Origin: Raillietiella orientalis
Lineage: Eukaryota
Reading direction: 5' to 3'
DNA: 64,000 nt
Assembly: GCA_036172245.1 (NCBI GenBank)
Contig: JAYWIR010000004.1
Span: forward strand, 6,200,001-6,264,000
Position numbers and translations under genes: made by a program. Shown piece by piece: positions 62,601 through 64,000 of this stretch. The notes below the pieces were generated by a model. That model was not told where the DNA came from. It saw only the letters and a list, made by a program, of their open reading frames with translations, and did not search any database. Within the stretch, counting starts at the first letter, position 1, and every line of letters starts with the position of its first letter.

Positions 62601-64000
62601 TACAACATTTTCCTTGTTAACTTGAAATTTGGAACGAAGCACTAAGGGCGTATGCTCGGGGGCTTTCTGTAAAATATTGAGGCATGAATTGTGTTGAATA
62701 CTCAGAATTTTCAGTAGGGCACACAAATTCGTATCATAAAGAATTATGAGCTACAAGCTTCTCAACATTGTATTCGCTAAATTCTTAGTCCGTAAACTTA
62801 ATAAGTACAGATGCATTTATCTCATCAGTACAATGAGACATTTGATGAATCATGTAATTATAGAACGTTTCGTGTGTCAATGTGCAGAACAGGGAAAACT
62901 GCATGAATGTAAAAATACCATCCAGTTGCATCTTTTATTTCCGTAGACCATTCTCAGGAGCTGATTTGAAGTCCATATCTCCTCTCCTCTGCCATTTTCA
63001 ACAGATACCTCGAGATCGAGAAGAGAACTTGGCTACCTTTCGCTATTTATTCGACTTCAATTCGTTCTGTTGAGTCGAACTCAGCATACATTCATACTCA
63101 CTCATTAAACAGTAATGAGAAATTCTGATAGAGGAAATTTCAGTCTATAAAAAAGGATCATCATGCATAACTAATATAGTAATTTTTTCCTTAAATAACT
63201 GCGACATAAAGTTTGGATGCGATCGTAAATTTATGCCAAAAAATCCATTCAGTGATCGCTAAGCGTCTAATTCATAATTGATTACAGAGCTGGCAAAAAA
63301 CGCACGGGCAAAACATTCCGGTAAGTCAGGAAGAAACATATGCACCAAAAGATTTCCGCAACATCCAGGAGTAAAAACGAATGCCTGTCATCCGTTTCCC
63401 TGATTATCAGAAATCGGCATGAATTTGCCACTCGAATCAAACAAGAAAACAAAATCTGCTTCAAATAACAGCATCAAAGCGTTTCATCACTGAGGATCTC
63501 TTTCACTGTTGAGGTCATCGTATTTTCTTGAAATTATCGAGGAAGTTGGACAGTTTTCAGGAAATATGGCTTCTTTCTGAAGATGAGTTTTTGCTTGTGG
63601 CACCTTCCTTCCGAAACAAATAGGAATTTTTTTTTGTGTGTCCACTTTTTGATACATTGAAACCTGAAAAGTTTGGGTTTACTCCCCAAACACCTAAAAA
63701 CAAGAAATGCAGCTACCACCGTTTCAGTTGCTCAACCCATTTGTTGACATGGATTAGAGTTCACTTGAGCAGGACAGTCATTCCACTGTCGGCACCTTGA
63801 TGCCACAGTCATTCCATTCTTTTGATTACTTGATTCACAAACCTTCAAAGCTTCAAATTTTTCATGCATTCAAATTATAGACAAAGTTCATATATGGACA
63901 AAATCCAACGACTGGATTTCCTCGCAGCCAGATTTCATGACTTTAATCTCTTTATGTACCATCATGAAACAGATCTAAACAAGATATGCTATATTGTGAT

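Overview
Eukaryotic (animal, probably ecdysozoan/arthropod-like) genomic DNA. It is not prokaryotic: I see no operons, CRISPR arrays or rRNA, and most ORFs in the track are spurious. The best-supported gene is a spliced Dpr/ZIG-8-like two-immunoglobulin gene on +. Three phase-compatible exons (24623-24833, 28120-28247, 29746-29916) give 169 aa; the gene stops directly after Ig2 and is followed by two AATAAA. A separate Dpr-type exon at 59522-59664 encodes exactly the first half of Ig1 that this gene lacks, but it lies about 30 kb downstream. A frameshifted histone H2B pseudogene occupies 28-415 (-). The rest is mainly decayed retroelements. GC-rich blocks (about 0.5-8.6 kb and 35-56 kb) hold many R2/NeSL/Utopia-like (RLE-type) non-LTR relics. 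AT-richer DNA around the Ig gene holds CR1/L2-, RTE- and Penelope-like relics plus a TA-flanked Tigger/pogo-like MITE. There are also two recent ~0.5 kb local duplications (one direct, one inverted) and a degenerate ~42-bp array present twice in opposite orientation. Transposon boundaries and family calls come from by-eye motif recognition and are approximate. I found no demonstrably new biological system; the Dpr observations are the best leads.
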